Below, piece after piece: positions 20,201 through 33,092 of a stretch of 64,000 nucleotides of DNA; positions within the stretch are counted from its first letter, which is position 1, and every line of letters starts with the position of its first letter. The stretch lies in contig JANHCV010000001.1 in assembly GCA_025594325.1 (NCBI GenBank), positions 4,216,001 to 4,280,000 of the forward strand, in the 5' to 3' direction. The translations under genes and the position numbers were made by a program. A model generated the notes under the pieces. That model made no database searches. It was not told the DNA's origin and was given only the letters and a program-made list of their open reading frames with translations. This stretch comes from Blastocladiella emersonii ATCC 22665. Its lineage: Eukaryota; Fungi; Blastocladiomycota.

Positions 20201-22992
20201 GCAAGTTCGCGGCCCTCGCGCGCCGCCTGCACATCCGCCAGCTCCACGCCAAGGGCGCGCTCGCGCGCGAGCAGCAGTTCGAGCACCTCGTCCGCGAGGT
20301 CCGCCTGCCGCGGCAGGAGGAGCGCGCGAGCTTCTTCGCCGAGCTGCTCCGCCCGCGCCGCCCGCTGTGCCCCGTCAAGGCCGACCAGACCTGGGCGCCC
20401 GTCGTCCCGCTGCCCGATCCGCACGGCGAGTACTCGCTCATTGTCCAGGTCAAGCGCGGGTTCAACTTCCCTGAGCGCGCCGCCGCGGCGGGTGGATCGG
20501 CAGCGCCCGTGCGGGACATGGACGCGGCGCTCGCGGCGACACTGGCCACGGTGCCCGGCCTGTCGCTCGAGCCCGCGAGCCGCGGCGCGCAGCTGTTTGT
20601 CCAGGTCGAGTTTGCGCGGCAGTCGGCGCGCACGGGCAACGCCAGCGGGCCGCACCCCGAGTGGAACACGGCGGTCACGATCCCGACGCGGATCCCGAGC
20701 GAGGACTCGATCCCGAACGGCATGGTCCACATCAACATCTTCGACGAGGTGCTTGTCGACATGCAGGTCGACGACCGGCTCCGCGACCGCGCCGTCCACT
20801 ACGTCAAGGAGGCGCGGTGGATTGGACGGATCCAGGTCCCGTTCGTCGTCTTGTGCGAGCAGGGCAAGCTCGCGGGACGGTTCCCTGTCGCCGTGCCCGC
20901 GCCGCTGCTCGGGTACACTCGGTCGGCTGCCGCGCCGGCGAATGGTGCTGCGGCGGCGGACGGCGTCGTCGCTCAAAAGGGCGCCGCAGCGACGATGGCC
21001 GACGGCGCTGCTGCGCCCGCGGAGCCGCTGCTCGAGCTGTTCCTGGTCCTTGACCCGCCCTTCTCGGTCGCGTCGCAGCTGCACCTGCACGCCGTTGCCC
21101 CGTTCGAGGAAGAGTCGGTGCACGACCACGCGGCGCGGTGGCAGGCCGTGGGCGCGGCACGGTTCCCGCACCGGTTCGCCCTATGCATGGCCACGGACCT
21201 CAGCGGCAACCTCGTCCACGTCGCGCGGTACCTGTACCCGGTCGCGCCACCGCCCTTCATCACGCGGCTCGAGCAGGCGGTCCGGTTCGTCACGCTCATC
21301 CCGACGCTCAGCGACCGGCTCTCGTTCGCCGCGGACGTGCAGATCTGGGCGCTGTGCGACCAGTTCCTTGCGCTCGGCGCCGGCGACGGGATCGACCACG
21401 CGGTCCTCCTCGCCAACTTTCTCCTGTACCTCGGCTACGAGGCGTACCTCGTGCTCGGACACGGCGTGCCCGAGGGTAGGACCGCGCATGTCCTCGTGCT
21501 CAAGCACCCGCCGTCGAGATCGCCCGCGGGCAGTCAACACGATGTAGCGGGCGATGGCCGTGGCGAGGCAAAGGACGCTGCGACGGCCAGCGCCCCGCTC
21601 TTCATCAACCCGCTCACGGGCCGCGTTCGGCGGCTGCAGGACCGCAGCGTCGCGACCATCGGGCTAACCAGCGTCGGGTGCGTCGTCGGCCCCGACAACG
21701 TGTGGCTCAACGTGCAGCCCGTGGACGACACGGCCGACCAGACCATGTCGTGGGACCTATCAAACGTGCGCGCGTGGACTCCGTTCTTTGCGCTGCGCCG
21801 CGTCGGAACCGGCAAGGGCGGCAGCGGCGCCGCACGGCCGTACCCGCCATCGTCGATGCTCCGCCCCGAGCCGTGGACGACGGTCCAGCCCGCGGCGCTC
21901 GGGTACACGCGCGTCAGCACGAAATCGGTGCGTTCGCTGCAGCAGCAGGTCGAGGCGGCTGTGATCCGCGGCATCGAGACGTGGCGGCGGCACCCGACGC
22001 GGTGGAACCGGCTCCTGTGCCGCGTGCTGCAGAACGCGGCCGCGACGCAGGAAGTGGACGGCGACCCGGACGTCGCGACGCTCGAGGCCGCGCAGCTGCG
22101 GCGCACCGCGCAGGCCACGGCCATGTGCGAGCTCGCCAAGATCGCCGCCATGCAGGGCCAGCAGCTGTACGCTATCTCCATCAACCTGCCGTGGACCGAC
22201 GAGGACACGCTCGTCGACGCGGTCCACGCCACGCGCGTCTGGGACTGCGAGGACTCAAGCGTCGAGTACGCCCTCGGCGTCCACTGCACGGGCCTGTTCA
22301 ACGGCATCGTCAGCGTGTGGATCCTGCTCGCGGCCACGTCAAGGCGGTGGCCGACCATGTCCACGTCGGGAATCGGGACCGCGGGCCACTCGGTATCCAG
22401 CCGACCGTCGGCCATGGCGCCGCCCATCGTCGCCACGGCCATCGTCAGCCCGCCGAGGCAGGGCATGTCCGTCATCTCTGGCCTCGATGACGCGGGACCG
22501 CGCTCGCGGCCGACCTCCAGCTCGCGCCCCGTCACTTTGGACTCCGACCCCAAACCGTCCGCGCCGCTTCCACCACCACCAAAACCGCAGTCGCCGCCGC
22601 TGCCCACGGTCGCGACCGAGGATGAGCTGCCACCGCTCGCCATCGCCACGGGCCGGCGGAACCCGCGGACCGGCAGCTGGGCCTCGGCCGGCGCAGATGG
22701 ACTCGCCGGCGGCGCCGCCGCTGAACTTGACGTATCGGGTCCACGGCGGCGCCGCGCGTCGCACGCGCGCAGCCCGAGCGCAGATATGGCGCGGACGCGG
22801 CGGCCGTCCAACGGGCAGGGCGACGCAGGGTCGGGCCGGATCACGCCGACCGCGAAACCGTTGCGGCCATCGAGGTCGAGCGCCGTCTCGTTCCGCGATA
22901 TCCCGTCCTCGGACGACGATAGCAGCGACTCGGTGGCGGTTCCGCGAGCGAGCAGCGCGGGCCGAGAGAGTAGGCGGAGGAGGGATGACTAA
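17251..22992 (+). CDS. CC2D2A: Ciliary transition-zone protein CC2D2A/MKS6
   Basis: Coiled coil, N-terminal C2 region, second C2 domain (LIVQVKRGFNFP...WIGRIQVPF), transglutaminase-like segment GDGIDHAVLLANFLLYLGYEAYLVLGHGVPEGRTAHVL, C-terminal YALGVHC...VSVWILL. Introns 17701-17759 (GC-AG) and 19581-19641. Confidence 0.88.
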
Positions 22993-23037
22993 CAATGTAT
23001 ACTATGACTATTGCTGATTGAGCGGGTGGGTGGTGTA

Positions 23038-25544
23038 TCACGCGAGGTTGGCATGGAGGGTGACGAGAAGCGTGGCCCCGTTCTCGATCGCCGTGACGGG
23101 GACGAAGCTGAGCGCGACGTCGGTCAGGAGCGACTCGAAGGCTACACGTTGGAGGATGTGAGTGGACTGAATGGATCAGGCAGCGGTAGTCAAAGCGTAC
23201 CCTTCTCGACCGTGGATGGCTCGAGCCCCGCGGCGCCGACGGCGTAGAAGACGCGCGCCGACAGAACGTGCTTCCACGTCGCGCGCACGTCCGCGATGAC
23301 AATGTCGAGCTCGCGCTTGAGGTTCTCGAGCGCCTCGCCAAGCGCGGCCGCGGCGTGTACGGTGACAGGTGCCTGGACCGTGGCGAGCGTGCCCTTGCGC
23401 GACGCGGTCGCCGAAACCGCAAAGACGCCTTCACGCTGCTCGCTCGACGAGCCACGGAGCGAGAGCGTGTACTGTTCGAGTACCCGGGCGTCGTCCTCGT
23501 CGTCGGAATCGAGCGGCTCGCCCACGCGGTTGTGCGCAACGGCGTACTGGTTGCGCCACTCGGGGTAGAAGGCGGACGCGACCCACTCAACGGCAGCGCT
23601 GCGCGGGAGGCACGGCACGGCGACGATCGCGAGGTCGCCCGACACGGGCGAGACGCGGGACGCGGCGGCTCGGCGTCGAGCGATCGGGTCCTCGCTCTCG
23701 TCCTCGGCGTCGCTCTCGTCGTCCGAGTTAGACTCCGAGTCGACAGCGGCGGCGCGCACGAACGGCGCCGAGTTGGACCACATGGCGCGCGCGGCGGGGA
23801 TCCACTTGGGGTCGCTGACGTACGCGACGCACGAGACCACGTCGCACGACACGTTGACGCCGACGGCGGTGCAGATGCGCTCGTAGTGGCGGCGCGCGAG
23901 GAACGCCTGCGCGGCGAACTCGGCGTCGGGCGACGCGAGGCCGGGCCACGTCATGGTCCGCGGAACGAGGCCGATCTGGCCGGCGACTGAAACGTGGTTG
24001 TCGGCGATCACGGCCTGCGAGTATGGGCCGATGTTGGCCGAGGCCCAGTACGAAATGGACTGGACGTGCAGGTTGGTGCGCGGGGTCGCGCGGGCGGCGC
24101 GCGCGAGCACGTCGACCTGGACCTGGCACTGGAGGTGCGCTTCGACGCAGGCGCTGATGGGCGGAAGGGAATGTCAGTCGAGCAAGGGTGGAGGTAATAG
24201 CCGAGTTGAGACGTACCGCGCGCCGGGATTCACGCCAAAGTAGCTGCCGTAGACGGCGTTGACGCGGGCAAAGTCGCCCATGTTGCGCACGAGCACCGTG
24301 ACCATGGCCGCGTCCTCAGCGAGGGTCAGGCCGAGCGTCGCGAGTTCGGACTGGACCTGGTCCATGACGTTGCGCGCTGCGTCCTCAAGCGGAGCGTCGG
24401 CCGAGAGACCGATCGGGCGGATGCCGGAGATGGCGACGAGGCCGCCGGCCGTCTTGATCCGCGGGGCAGCAAGCGGCTCAGTCGCGACCAGCCCAGAGCG
24501 AGCGACCTCGGACGCAGTTGATGGCGCAGCGACGGGAAGGTCGATGGAGGGAAGCGGGTCCAGAAGCGTGTCGGCGAAGCGCGCGCGGATTTGCTCGTAC
24601 GAGAGGATCTCGTCAAGCGGCTTGTCCTCGACGGCAACGTCCTCAAACTTGAGGTAAATGACGGGCGCCATGTCGTCGGCCGAGTGTTCAATGTGCGAGA
24701 GGCGGTTGAGGACCAGGCGGCGGCGGAACAGCGGGCAGTCGAGCGTCAGGGTCTCGTACTCGCCGCCCTCGCCGCACGGGTGCAGCCCAAACTTGGCGTG
24801 CTACACGATCGCGCTCGGGGGTGAGTACCGATGCGCAAGGGGATCCAGTTGGGATGGAGCAGACCATTTGGAGGAGGTGGGACTGCAGCTGGGCGAGCGA
24901 CTTGCCGAGATGGCGACCATTGAGACCTGCAAGTGGGATTGTGAGCATCGGGAGCAAGCTATGACCGAGCGGCGCCAGTGCGTACCCATGCCGGCGACCT
25001 TGATGAGGACCGAGTTCATCTGGGCCTTGACCACGCTGTCGAGAAGCTGGACCTGGTTCCCCTCCCACAGGTAAGCGAAGACGGTAAGGCCGAGGCGCTG
25101 GCACACGTTCTCGACGCGGACGCGCTGGTAGGTCGAGAGGATGGCGCCGACGCTCACGCCCTGGACCTCGGGCATGGTCTCCTTGACCTCGCGCAGGAGG
25201 ACGTAGAGGTCCTCGACCTCGTCGAGCTCGCCGAGGTGCTTGCGGTCGTCGTAGGTGATGCCAATGACGTTGGAGCCGCCCGAGATGGCGCGGCGGAAGA
25301 GCGGCAGCGGCGGGGCGGCCAGCGGGTCGTCGTCGGGGCCCGCGGCCGGGTTGATGAAGAGCGCGGCGTAGTGGTGGATCACATCGTGTCCGACGGTCTG
25401 GTACATGTGCGAGTCGAGCTCGTCGCCGTCCTCCTGCCGCGGGTGCAGGTTGGCCAGCGCGACGATCTCGTGCCCGTTGGCCGCGCAGTGCAGTGCGTTG
25501 AAGCACGAGTCCTTGCCTCCGCTAATCAGTGCAACAAGTTTCAT
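23038..25544 (-). CDS. DPH6: Diphthine--ammonia ligase with C-terminal RidA/YjgF-like domains, multi-exon
   Basis: MKLVALISGGKDSCFN, DSHMYQTVG, GAILSTYQRVRVENVCQRLGL, PCGEGGEYET; YjgF-like FARVNAVYGSYFG and LHVQSISYWASANIGPYSQA. Confidence 0.92.
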
Positions 25545-25738
25545 GGTAGCCGAGCTTAGCTGGGGTTTGGCGAGCAGAGAGCGGGGAAGGCTGAGCAAGA
25601 TGAAGGTCGCCAGCCGACCCGGCTTGGTCGCCGAAGGCCCTCGCGCGACGCGCCCGCGCTCCCGTTCTCCGCCAGCGGCTTTGCGGCACTCCATGTAACT
25701 ACAACCGACGCAGACTTGACGCAACACGACCAAGCACC

Positions 25739-26850
25739 ATGCCCGGGATCCAGCTGCCGACCATCGGACGCAACGAGCTGCGCCACTGGCTCGACGTCGT
25801 GCCGCTCGGCACCCGCGCCTACGCGGTCGCCGTCTGGGCCCTATACCTTCTGACGCTGCTGACGGGCCACAGCGCGGCCGTGTCGGGCCTGTGCTACAAC
25901 CCGTCGTCGCTCTTCTCGCTCGCCGTCTACCGGATCTGGCTCGCGCCGCTCATGCACGGCGGCTTGCTCCACATTCTGTTCAACACGATCGCGCTCCTGT
26001 CGCTCGGAACGCAGGTCGAGAAGCGCCGCGGCACGCTGACCACGCTGTTTGCCATGCTCGTCGTGCTGCCGTTCGTCTCGGCCGTCGCGCACTGGTTCCT
26101 TCACGGCCTCCTGTACCTGGTCGGCCTGACGGGTCCCGAGTGCGCCGTCGGCGCGTCGGGTGTGCTCTTTGCCCTCATGGCCGCGTTTGCGCTCGGCCAC
26201 CACGAGGCCGAGCCGTCGTCGACGTTCGGGCAGTCGCGTGCGTGGCCGGTCCTCATCGTGCTCGTCCTCTCGAGCCTGCTGTTCCCGAGCGCGTCGTGGC
26301 AGGGTCACCTCGCTGGCGTTGCGGCCGGTGTTGCGTGTACGACTTTTTGACTGTCGGCAGCCCGACTCGCTCACTGACGTCGCTGGGGTTCTCTAGACGC
26401 CAAGGGTATGCTCGACGTGGTGCTTCTCCCCGCGTCGGTCGTCGACCGGATCGAGACGAGCACGGCGCCCGCGGTCCGGCGAATCGTGGACTCGGACATC
26501 TTCATCCCGCACGACCCGTCGACGGCGCTCCCGCGGTACACGAGCGTCGGCGCCAACGGTGCCGTAGAGGCGGACGGCCGCGGGCTCATGCTCTCCGATG
26601 ACGAGGAGGGTCTGATGTGCGCGCTGCTCGCAACTTGCGGTGCTCGGCCGCGCTCACGCTCACGCTCACGTTTCCAAACTGTAGTCCCGCGTCGCCTGGC
26701 GCACCGCAGACCCTGTTCAGCGCTCCCTCGCCGCTCCTCGAGCCAGCGCGCTCGCCAAGCCCGGGCCCCAACTCGGTCGGGTCTTCGTCCTCGTCGGAGG
26801 GCGGCGCGAGCCCGCTCATCATCCCCGCCGAGCCCAAGCTCCTCATCTAG
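25739..26850 (+). CDS. Rhomboid intramembrane serine protease (RHBDD1/Rbd2-like)
   Basis: VYRIW...MHGGLLHILFN; catalytic GASG and WQGHLAG. Introns 26337-26396 and 26617-26684. Confidence 0.85.
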
Positions 26851-27099
26851 CGCCATAGTCGTTGATATACGCCTGCTTTGCCTCCTTGCCGCGTCAGCCG
26901 GAAATCGCCCCCGCGAGGAACGCGTCGCCGACGCGACTCGGCCCACGTGATAGCGCCAGGGGTTGCAGCTCGCTTCGTTTTGTGGCTCCGCCGATCCGGC
27001 GTGCACTCCTCGAGCGCCCATTGCCATGCAAATCTGAATGAATTAACTCCTTGCAAGTTGTGTGCCGCACTCGTCGAAGCCCCATTCACGCGCATCGCC

Positions 27100-30008
27100 A
27101 TGGATTCGCTGCCCGAGCTCTTCCTGGCGGACTCGGACCCCTCGTCCGCCGACGATGTCCCCATGCCACCCTGGTCCCACCCTCCCGGCGATGGACAAAC
27201 TCTCGACGAAATCAATTCAATGGCTTATCTCTCCAATTCGTGGGCAACTTTTTCGAGCGAGGTTCGCCCGCCGTTGACGAACGACTGGGTGCGTGCAACC
27301 GGCCGCTCTAGCGAGCACCGCAGTGTCTCGTGCCCTAACACGGCGTCACCGGTGTGTAGGACGAAAGCTCATTCCTCGATTTTGCGAATTGCGATCCTCC
27401 TCTTGGTGCAGTCGATCCATTGCTCAGCTCGGAAGCCTCCGCTCCATCGCCACCACCGCTCCCGCAACAAGCTTCCCTCTCCTTCATCCCGATGCAGGGC
27501 GATTTTACCTTTTCGGACGCCTCCGACGCGAATTACCTCGCGGCGTACTCGGTGGCGCAGGAGCTCGTCACGTTCGCGGACGCCGAGCGGAGTACACTTG
27601 CCACGACGCGTTTGGACCTGTTCCGCCAGTCCACCATCCCGGCCTCACCCGTGCCCTCCATGGTGCCCGCGATGCTCGCCCACGTGTCGCCGCAGTCGTC
27701 GTGGCCGGCTTTTGGCGATGACAGCGCGGTTTTCCCGGATCTCGTCCCTCGTGCTTTCACGCCTGTCTCTGCCTCACCGAACGACATGGACCCGCTCGCG
27801 GTCCTCCTCGCGTCGGTGTCGATTCCCGCAGAACCCACCGCTGGTTACCGGCCGGATTCGCCCTCCGCTCCGACCGTCGCGGCTTTTGCCGACTGCTCCG
27901 AGCCTCGTACCCCGAAGTCGTACTCGTCTGAGGCCGTTTGGCTTTCAACTCCGCCTTCTGCGGGCGGTGACTGCATTCTGCTTCCCGACCTCGCTGAACC
28001 CGTGCATGTCGCCGATCTTACCATCAGCATCAACAGCAGCGACACCTCGAGCAGCACCTCGAGCAGCGTTGATAGCACAGCTTCGGGCCTGCGGAGGTCC
28101 ACCCGGACTCGAAGAAGAAAAATCGATGATGCTGCCATTTGCGATCTCCCCGGCTTGGGTGAGAACGAGATTTCGACGCTTCTTCGCCGCGAACGCGTCC
28201 GGTCCCGACCTGCTCCTCCACCGACCTCCGCGCCCGCCACCGTCGCGAAGCCCGCCCGGCGACGCGCTGCTGCTGCTCCCTCCCGCCCACCGTCCTCACC
28301 ACCACCCTCTGCACCGACTGCTTTCCTGCTAACGCCTATCTCGTCGAGACTCGCCGAGCTGCAGGCAACGGTCGCTGGACCCGCTTCCGCTCACGGCTCT
28401 GCTTTGGATCCCGTGCGCCCCGCTGAACTTTCCAGTGCAGCGGCGCTTTCGGTCGAGGCTGTACTCTCGCCCACCCACGACGCATCGGCTCGATCTGCAG
28501 CTCCGAGTTCTCCGTCGCAGCCTCGTGTCCTTGCTCCATCCAAGCCTGCACCTTCACCAACGCGCGAGCCCAGTTCCGTGCCGCTTCCGCTGCTGGATCG
28601 CGACCATCAACGCTCACCAATACCGCCGCCGATCGGCCTTGCTCCATCACTTCTACCTGAGCCGTCGGGTCCGCTCACGCCGGATACCGCGCTCACCCCG
28701 TCGCTCTCACGTTCGTTCTTCGACGAACCCGAATCGGAGCTTACTCCCGCACCCGAGACTCCGCCATCGCATATACTCGATCTCTCGTCGTTGTCATCCT
28801 TGACGTCCGCGCCCGCATCCGAGCCCTTGTTCTCTCCGCTTGCTCGGACATCCTCGCCATCGGAGCATGTTCAACAAGCCGAGCTGTCCCTCACGTTCGA
28901 GCTTGTGCCGCCGCCCGGACCCGAGCCTGTGCCATCGCCCGGACGTGCTTCACCTCCGCCACTCGCGCCAGCGCCGGTCTCGGCCGATTCCTCTCCATCA
29001 TTCGCGACAGAAATCGCGCCATCGCCCTCATCCGAACTTGTCGTACAACCCGCCACTTCGCAACTGGTTCCTGATCTTCTTCCACCGACTGAACCTTTGT
29101 CACTGGACGGCGACGGCGGCTCTGATGCAACGGCGCTCGGGGCATCGTCTCCGTCGGCGGTCCCGCCAGCTCCTGGCCCAGAGACGCGCAAGCGGAAGAA
29201 AAGGGGCTCTCGTGCCGGACCTGCTTCGAAACGACCTCGGCACATCGCCAAAGCTGCTTCTCCAGCTGGTGGTGAGACGGACGAGCTCCTGGCGGACTCG
29301 GACCCGCTTCCACCGCGGCCGCAGTCGACGCCGCCCATGCCGAACGTGTCGACGCCAACCCCGCCGCCAACGGTCTCCTCTCCGCCACGCGCTTCGCGTT
29401 CCGCACAACGTCCGAGCTCGGCCGCACCACTCGAGTCGCCATCCTCGTCGCGTCCGCGACGACTCCGCTCGGCCGATCGCTCGCGCGCGCTCCCGTCGCC
29501 GCCATTCGGCCAGCTCGCCGCCGAGGACTCTCAGTCGATGCCAGCGCTTCCCCCACCGCCGCCACCGCCTCAGCTTCGCCGCTCGCGCGCGGCAGCGCCG
29601 CTCGAAGCGCTCAAGCCGGCCGCGGGTCCCCGGCGCGTGCCCAGGATCCACATCAAGCTGGGCCCCGTGGTCTCCACCCGGCAGGTGCAGTCCGTCCTCC
29701 CGCTCGCAGCGCCGGCCGCGACTATGCCGACGCCAGCGGCGACTCTGCCGTCGTCGCCCGTCGCCGCGGTGCACGCGGACCCCGATCGCGGCAACGGCGA
29801 GCCCGGGACCAGACTCGCCGACAAACCAGCACCCGCCGCCGCTGCCTCACCGCCTTCACCGAGAGTTCGCGCACGCCGGCCTGTGGCCCTCTTCCGCGGG
29901 CGACCGGTGCAGTGCGAGATCGTAATCCCGCTGCGGACGTCTCCGGTGCCGGTCCCCGCCCGGCCGAGTCAAGAAGGAGGAGATGCGTGTTGTGACGCGA
30001 TAGTATGA
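27100..30008 (+). CDS. Uncharacterised Pro/Ser-rich, largely disordered, probably nuclear protein
   Basis: Exon 27100-27288 and intron 27289-27359 (GTGCGT...CTAAC...GTGTAG) join in frame to the 862-aa ORF. Basic NLS-like RKRKKRG and RRSTRTRRRK. No folded domain recognised. Confidence 0.65.
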
Positions 30009-30319
30009 GTCAATTGCAGTCTGTATATTTTCCCCCTTATGCTCGAGCGATTCAGGTCAGAGGACACCGTACTTGAGAGCACCGAACGCGTCGTGTTTCA
30101 GGCGGGAGACAGCGACGACGCGTCGCGCCTCCCGTGGCGCGCCGACCGGAGACGCACTCCGAAAGCCTTGTTGAATGCACACGGGACGTGATATTTTGCG
30201 GAGTGTATCGCGCGACAGCTGGAGCGGCATCCGATCGCTCGCGCGGGCGCCCTCCCCGCCGTTGCACCGACTTGGCCCTCGCTCCCTCCGTGTAAGAAGG
30301 CTATCGTGATATCATACCC

Positions 30320-33037
30320 ATGTACTCTTCGTATCGAGACCCGCTGTACACGTCGTACACGGCGGCGACTGCCGGCAACGGCGACGACAAGAAGGCGGCG
30401 GCCGGGTCGCACCGGCCGCGGAACACGTCGGGTGGAAGCGCGAGCGGGACCGGCCATCACCACCACCATGGCCACAGCCACGGCCGGTCCAAGGACAAGG
30501 AGAAGGAGAAGGGCAAAGACGGCTCTTTCCCGTCTCCTTCGCCCGCGCACAGCCCCGACCCAGCGTCCGTCTCGGCCGGATCCGCACCCACGGCGGCCGC
30601 AACCACCACCATTCCTGACTCGCCGCCCGCCGCATTCGATGCGACCAACACCATCGCCGACCCGATGCTGCGCGAGCAGTACGAGACGGCGCTGGCCACG
30701 GCCAAGGACGCCTGGCGGCTCGGGCTCGGCGAGCTGACGGCACTCGACCAGCTGCTCGCGACGCTCGAGGAGATCCGCGCGGTCCAGGCCGCCCCGCCGC
30801 CCGTCGTCTCGCTGTCTCGGAGCTCCTCCGATGCCGCGCCGCCGTCCGAACCCACCGGTCTCCCGACGGTCGAGAGCACCGATTCCGAGGTCGAGCTCCC
30901 ACCACGCTCGCCCGAGTCGCAGAAATCGCTTGGCCGCTCGCAGTCGATGCCGCAGAAGACCGTCGACCGGCCCACGGTCGCCGTGCTCGCCGCGTACCCG
31001 AGCGAGGAGCCCGTCGCCGCGCTCCCCGAATCGCGCCGCACGTCCATGGACCGGCGCCCTTCGACGATGGACCGCCGGCCGTCCATCGACCAGCGCTCGT
31101 CACTCGAGCGGCGGTCGTCGCGCGGCGAGTCGATCCCGCACCTCGACGCGCGCTCGCCGGGTATCGGCGCGCGTCCAGCGCCCGTCGCCAGTGTTGCGTC
31201 GTACAGCACATCGAGCGTCCTCGGCGGCAGCACAGGCTGGACGTCGCAGTCGTCATTTGTGACGTCTCGGCTCCCCGTCAGCACGAGCATCTTCGACCGT
31301 TCCCCGTCGGCCCCGCGGTCGCCGGCCCCGTCGCGCGACGCTACCCCGCTGCTCGGTGACGCGTACTCGGTGATCAAGTCGCTCGGCGAGGGCTCGTTCG
31401 GCAGCATCAAGCTCGCGACGCACGTGGCGTCGGGGCAGAAGGTGGCCATCAAGCAAATCAACCGGATCACGGTGCGCCGGTCGTCGGCCGCGACGCGCAT
31501 GGTTCTCGCCGAGCTCGTGACGCTCCTCACGCTCGACGTGGTCCACGCGAACGTCATATCGCTGCTCGACGTGTTCATGTCGTCGTCGACGCTGTACCTC
31601 GTCACGCGACACGTGCCCGGCGGCGACCTGTTCGAGTGGCTGCGCAAAAAGCCATCAAGCAAGGTCACGCAGGGCGAGGCGCGCCGGCTGTTTGTCCAGC
31701 TCGTGTCGGCGGTCGCGTACTGCCACGGGCTCGGGATCTGTCATCGGTACGTCGTCTTGACCCCCGGTCCTGATTCGAAGGCTGACACAGACCCGTGCGC
31801 TTGTAGTGACATCAAGCTCGAGAACATCCTGATCGACGACCGCGACCAGATCCAGCTCATCGACTTTGGCCTCGCGGCGCCCATTTCGGACCAGCCGCTG
31901 ACGCAGCACGTCGGGTCCGGGTGCTACGCGAGCCCCGAGATGGTCAAGCGCGTGCCGTACCACGGGCCCGACGTGGACGTGTGGTCGCTCGGCGTCCTGT
32001 TGTTCGCGCTGTGCTGCGGCCGGTTCCCGTTCCGCGGCGACGCGCCGAGCGACCTCGCGCGCGCCATCAAGCTCGGCGAGTACAAGTTCCCGTCCAAGGT
32101 GCAGACGTCCGCGTCATGGGCAACGTACCGCGACCTCGTCGCGCAGTGCCTCGAGATGGACGGCGACAAGCGCATCTCGGTCAGCGACCTCGCAAACCAC
32201 CCGTGGATGTCCGAGGCATCCGGGTCCGCGACACCGATCACGGCACCGTGCAGCTGCAAGGGATCGATGACGCTGCTCGATCAGGACGACGAGGCGCTGC
32301 CGGCGAGCCCGTCCCCGCCGGTGCTTCCCGACCCTGCGGCTGCCCCGGTTACGACAAGTACGCCGCCAGAAGTCGCACCAGGTCCTTCGTCGTCGGCGGC
32401 GGTGACCTCGGACCAGCCGATGCTCGAGCCAGCTGCACAAGCACTCGTCCCGCCCAAGAGCCCGGCGCTCGAACGCATCCGCCTCGGCTCGCCCGGCAGC
32501 GCGCGGTCGCGGTCGCTCGACGGTCTGCGCGCGCCGCCCTCGCCGACGACGCAGCGCGCGATCGACGCCGCCCGACTCCTGAGCAAGGCCTCCGAGGCGC
32601 CCTGCAACACGGCCGCGGCGACGGCCGACAACCTCGTGGGCACCGAGCCGGTCGGCGTGTCGCTCGCCGCCATGGACCCTGAACGGTCGCAGTCGCAGAG
32701 CGCGGTCGCGGGCGTTTCGGCATTAGCGCAGTCGCTCGATCTCGCGCAGGTGACGGCCGAGACCCTGGCCGCGGTGGCGGGTCCGGCGGTCGAGCTCGGG
32801 ACCATGGCGACGCGCGGCGGGCGGACCGCGGTCCCGATGCCGGCCATGCCCACGGCCGCCGTGCCTGGGTCCCGCGCAGATCTCGCGAACCGGTGCGGTC
32901 TGGCGTGCCGCATGGCCGAGTACCCGGGCCCGCTGCTCGCGGGAGCGATGCTGCGCGAGATGGCCGCCGGAGCGAAGCGGGTCGCGGCGACGGAGCGGCG
33001 CGCGGGTGGACGTCGCGAGTCGATTGCGCACATCTAG
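30320..33037 (+). CDS. Ser/Thr protein kinase, CAMK group (AMPK/MARK-related)
   Basis: LGEGSFG, VAIK, HRDIKLEN (after removing intron 31747-31806), DFG, YASPE, DVWSLGVLLF; long disordered N- and C-termini. Confidence 0.9.
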   Translation: MYSSYRDPLYTSYTAATAGNGDDKKAAAGSHRPRNTSGGSASGTGHHHHHGHSHGRSKDKEKEKGKDGSFPSPSPAHSPDPASVSAGSAPTAAATTTIPDSPPAAFDATNTIADPMLREQYETALATAKDAWRLGLGELTALDQLLATLEEIRAVQAAPPPVVSLSRSSSDAAPPSEPTGLPTVESTDSEVELPPRSPESQKSLGRSQSMPQKTVDRPTVAVLAAYPSEEPVAALPESRRTSMDRRPSTMDRRPSIDQRSSLERRSSRGESIPHLDARSPGIGARPAPVASVASYSTSSVLGGSTGWTSQSSFVTSRLPVSTSIFDRSPSAPRSPAPSRDATPLLGDAYSVIKSLGEGSFGSIKLATHVASGQKVAIKQINRITVRRSSAATRMVLAELVTLLTLDVVHANVISLLDVFMSSSTLYLVTRHVPGGDLFEWLRKKPSSKVTQGEARRLFVQLVSAVAYCHGLGICHRYVVLTPGPDSKADTDPCACSDIKLENILIDDRDQIQLIDFGLAAPISDQPLTQHVGSGCYASPEMVKRVPYHGPDVDVWSLGVLLFALCCGRFPFRGDAPSDLARAIKLGEYKFPSKVQTSASWATYRDLVAQCLEMDGDKRISVSDLANHPWMSEASGSATPITAPCSCKGSMTLLDQDDEALPASPSPPVLPDPAAAPVTTSTPPEVAPGPSSSAAVTSDQPMLEPAAQALVPPKSPALERIRLGSPGSARSRSLDGLRAPPSPTTQRAIDAARLLSKASEAPCNTAAATADNLVGTEPVGVSLAAMDPERSQSQSAVAGVSALAQSLDLAQVTAETLAAVAGPAVELGTMATRGGRTAVPMPAMPTAAVPGSRADLANRCGLACRMAEYPGPLLAGAMLREMAAGAKRVAATERRAGGRRESIAHI

Positions 33038-33092
33038 GACTCGGGTTTGACGGATACATGGTAGGGATATATTTTGGTTACCCACTGCTACG

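Noticed and set aside
26652-26669. (GCTCAC)3 microsatellite; also GAGTGT repeats near 52908-52925
   Set aside because: Short intronic repeats overlapping branch-point-like CTCAC sequences; nothing suggests a separate function.
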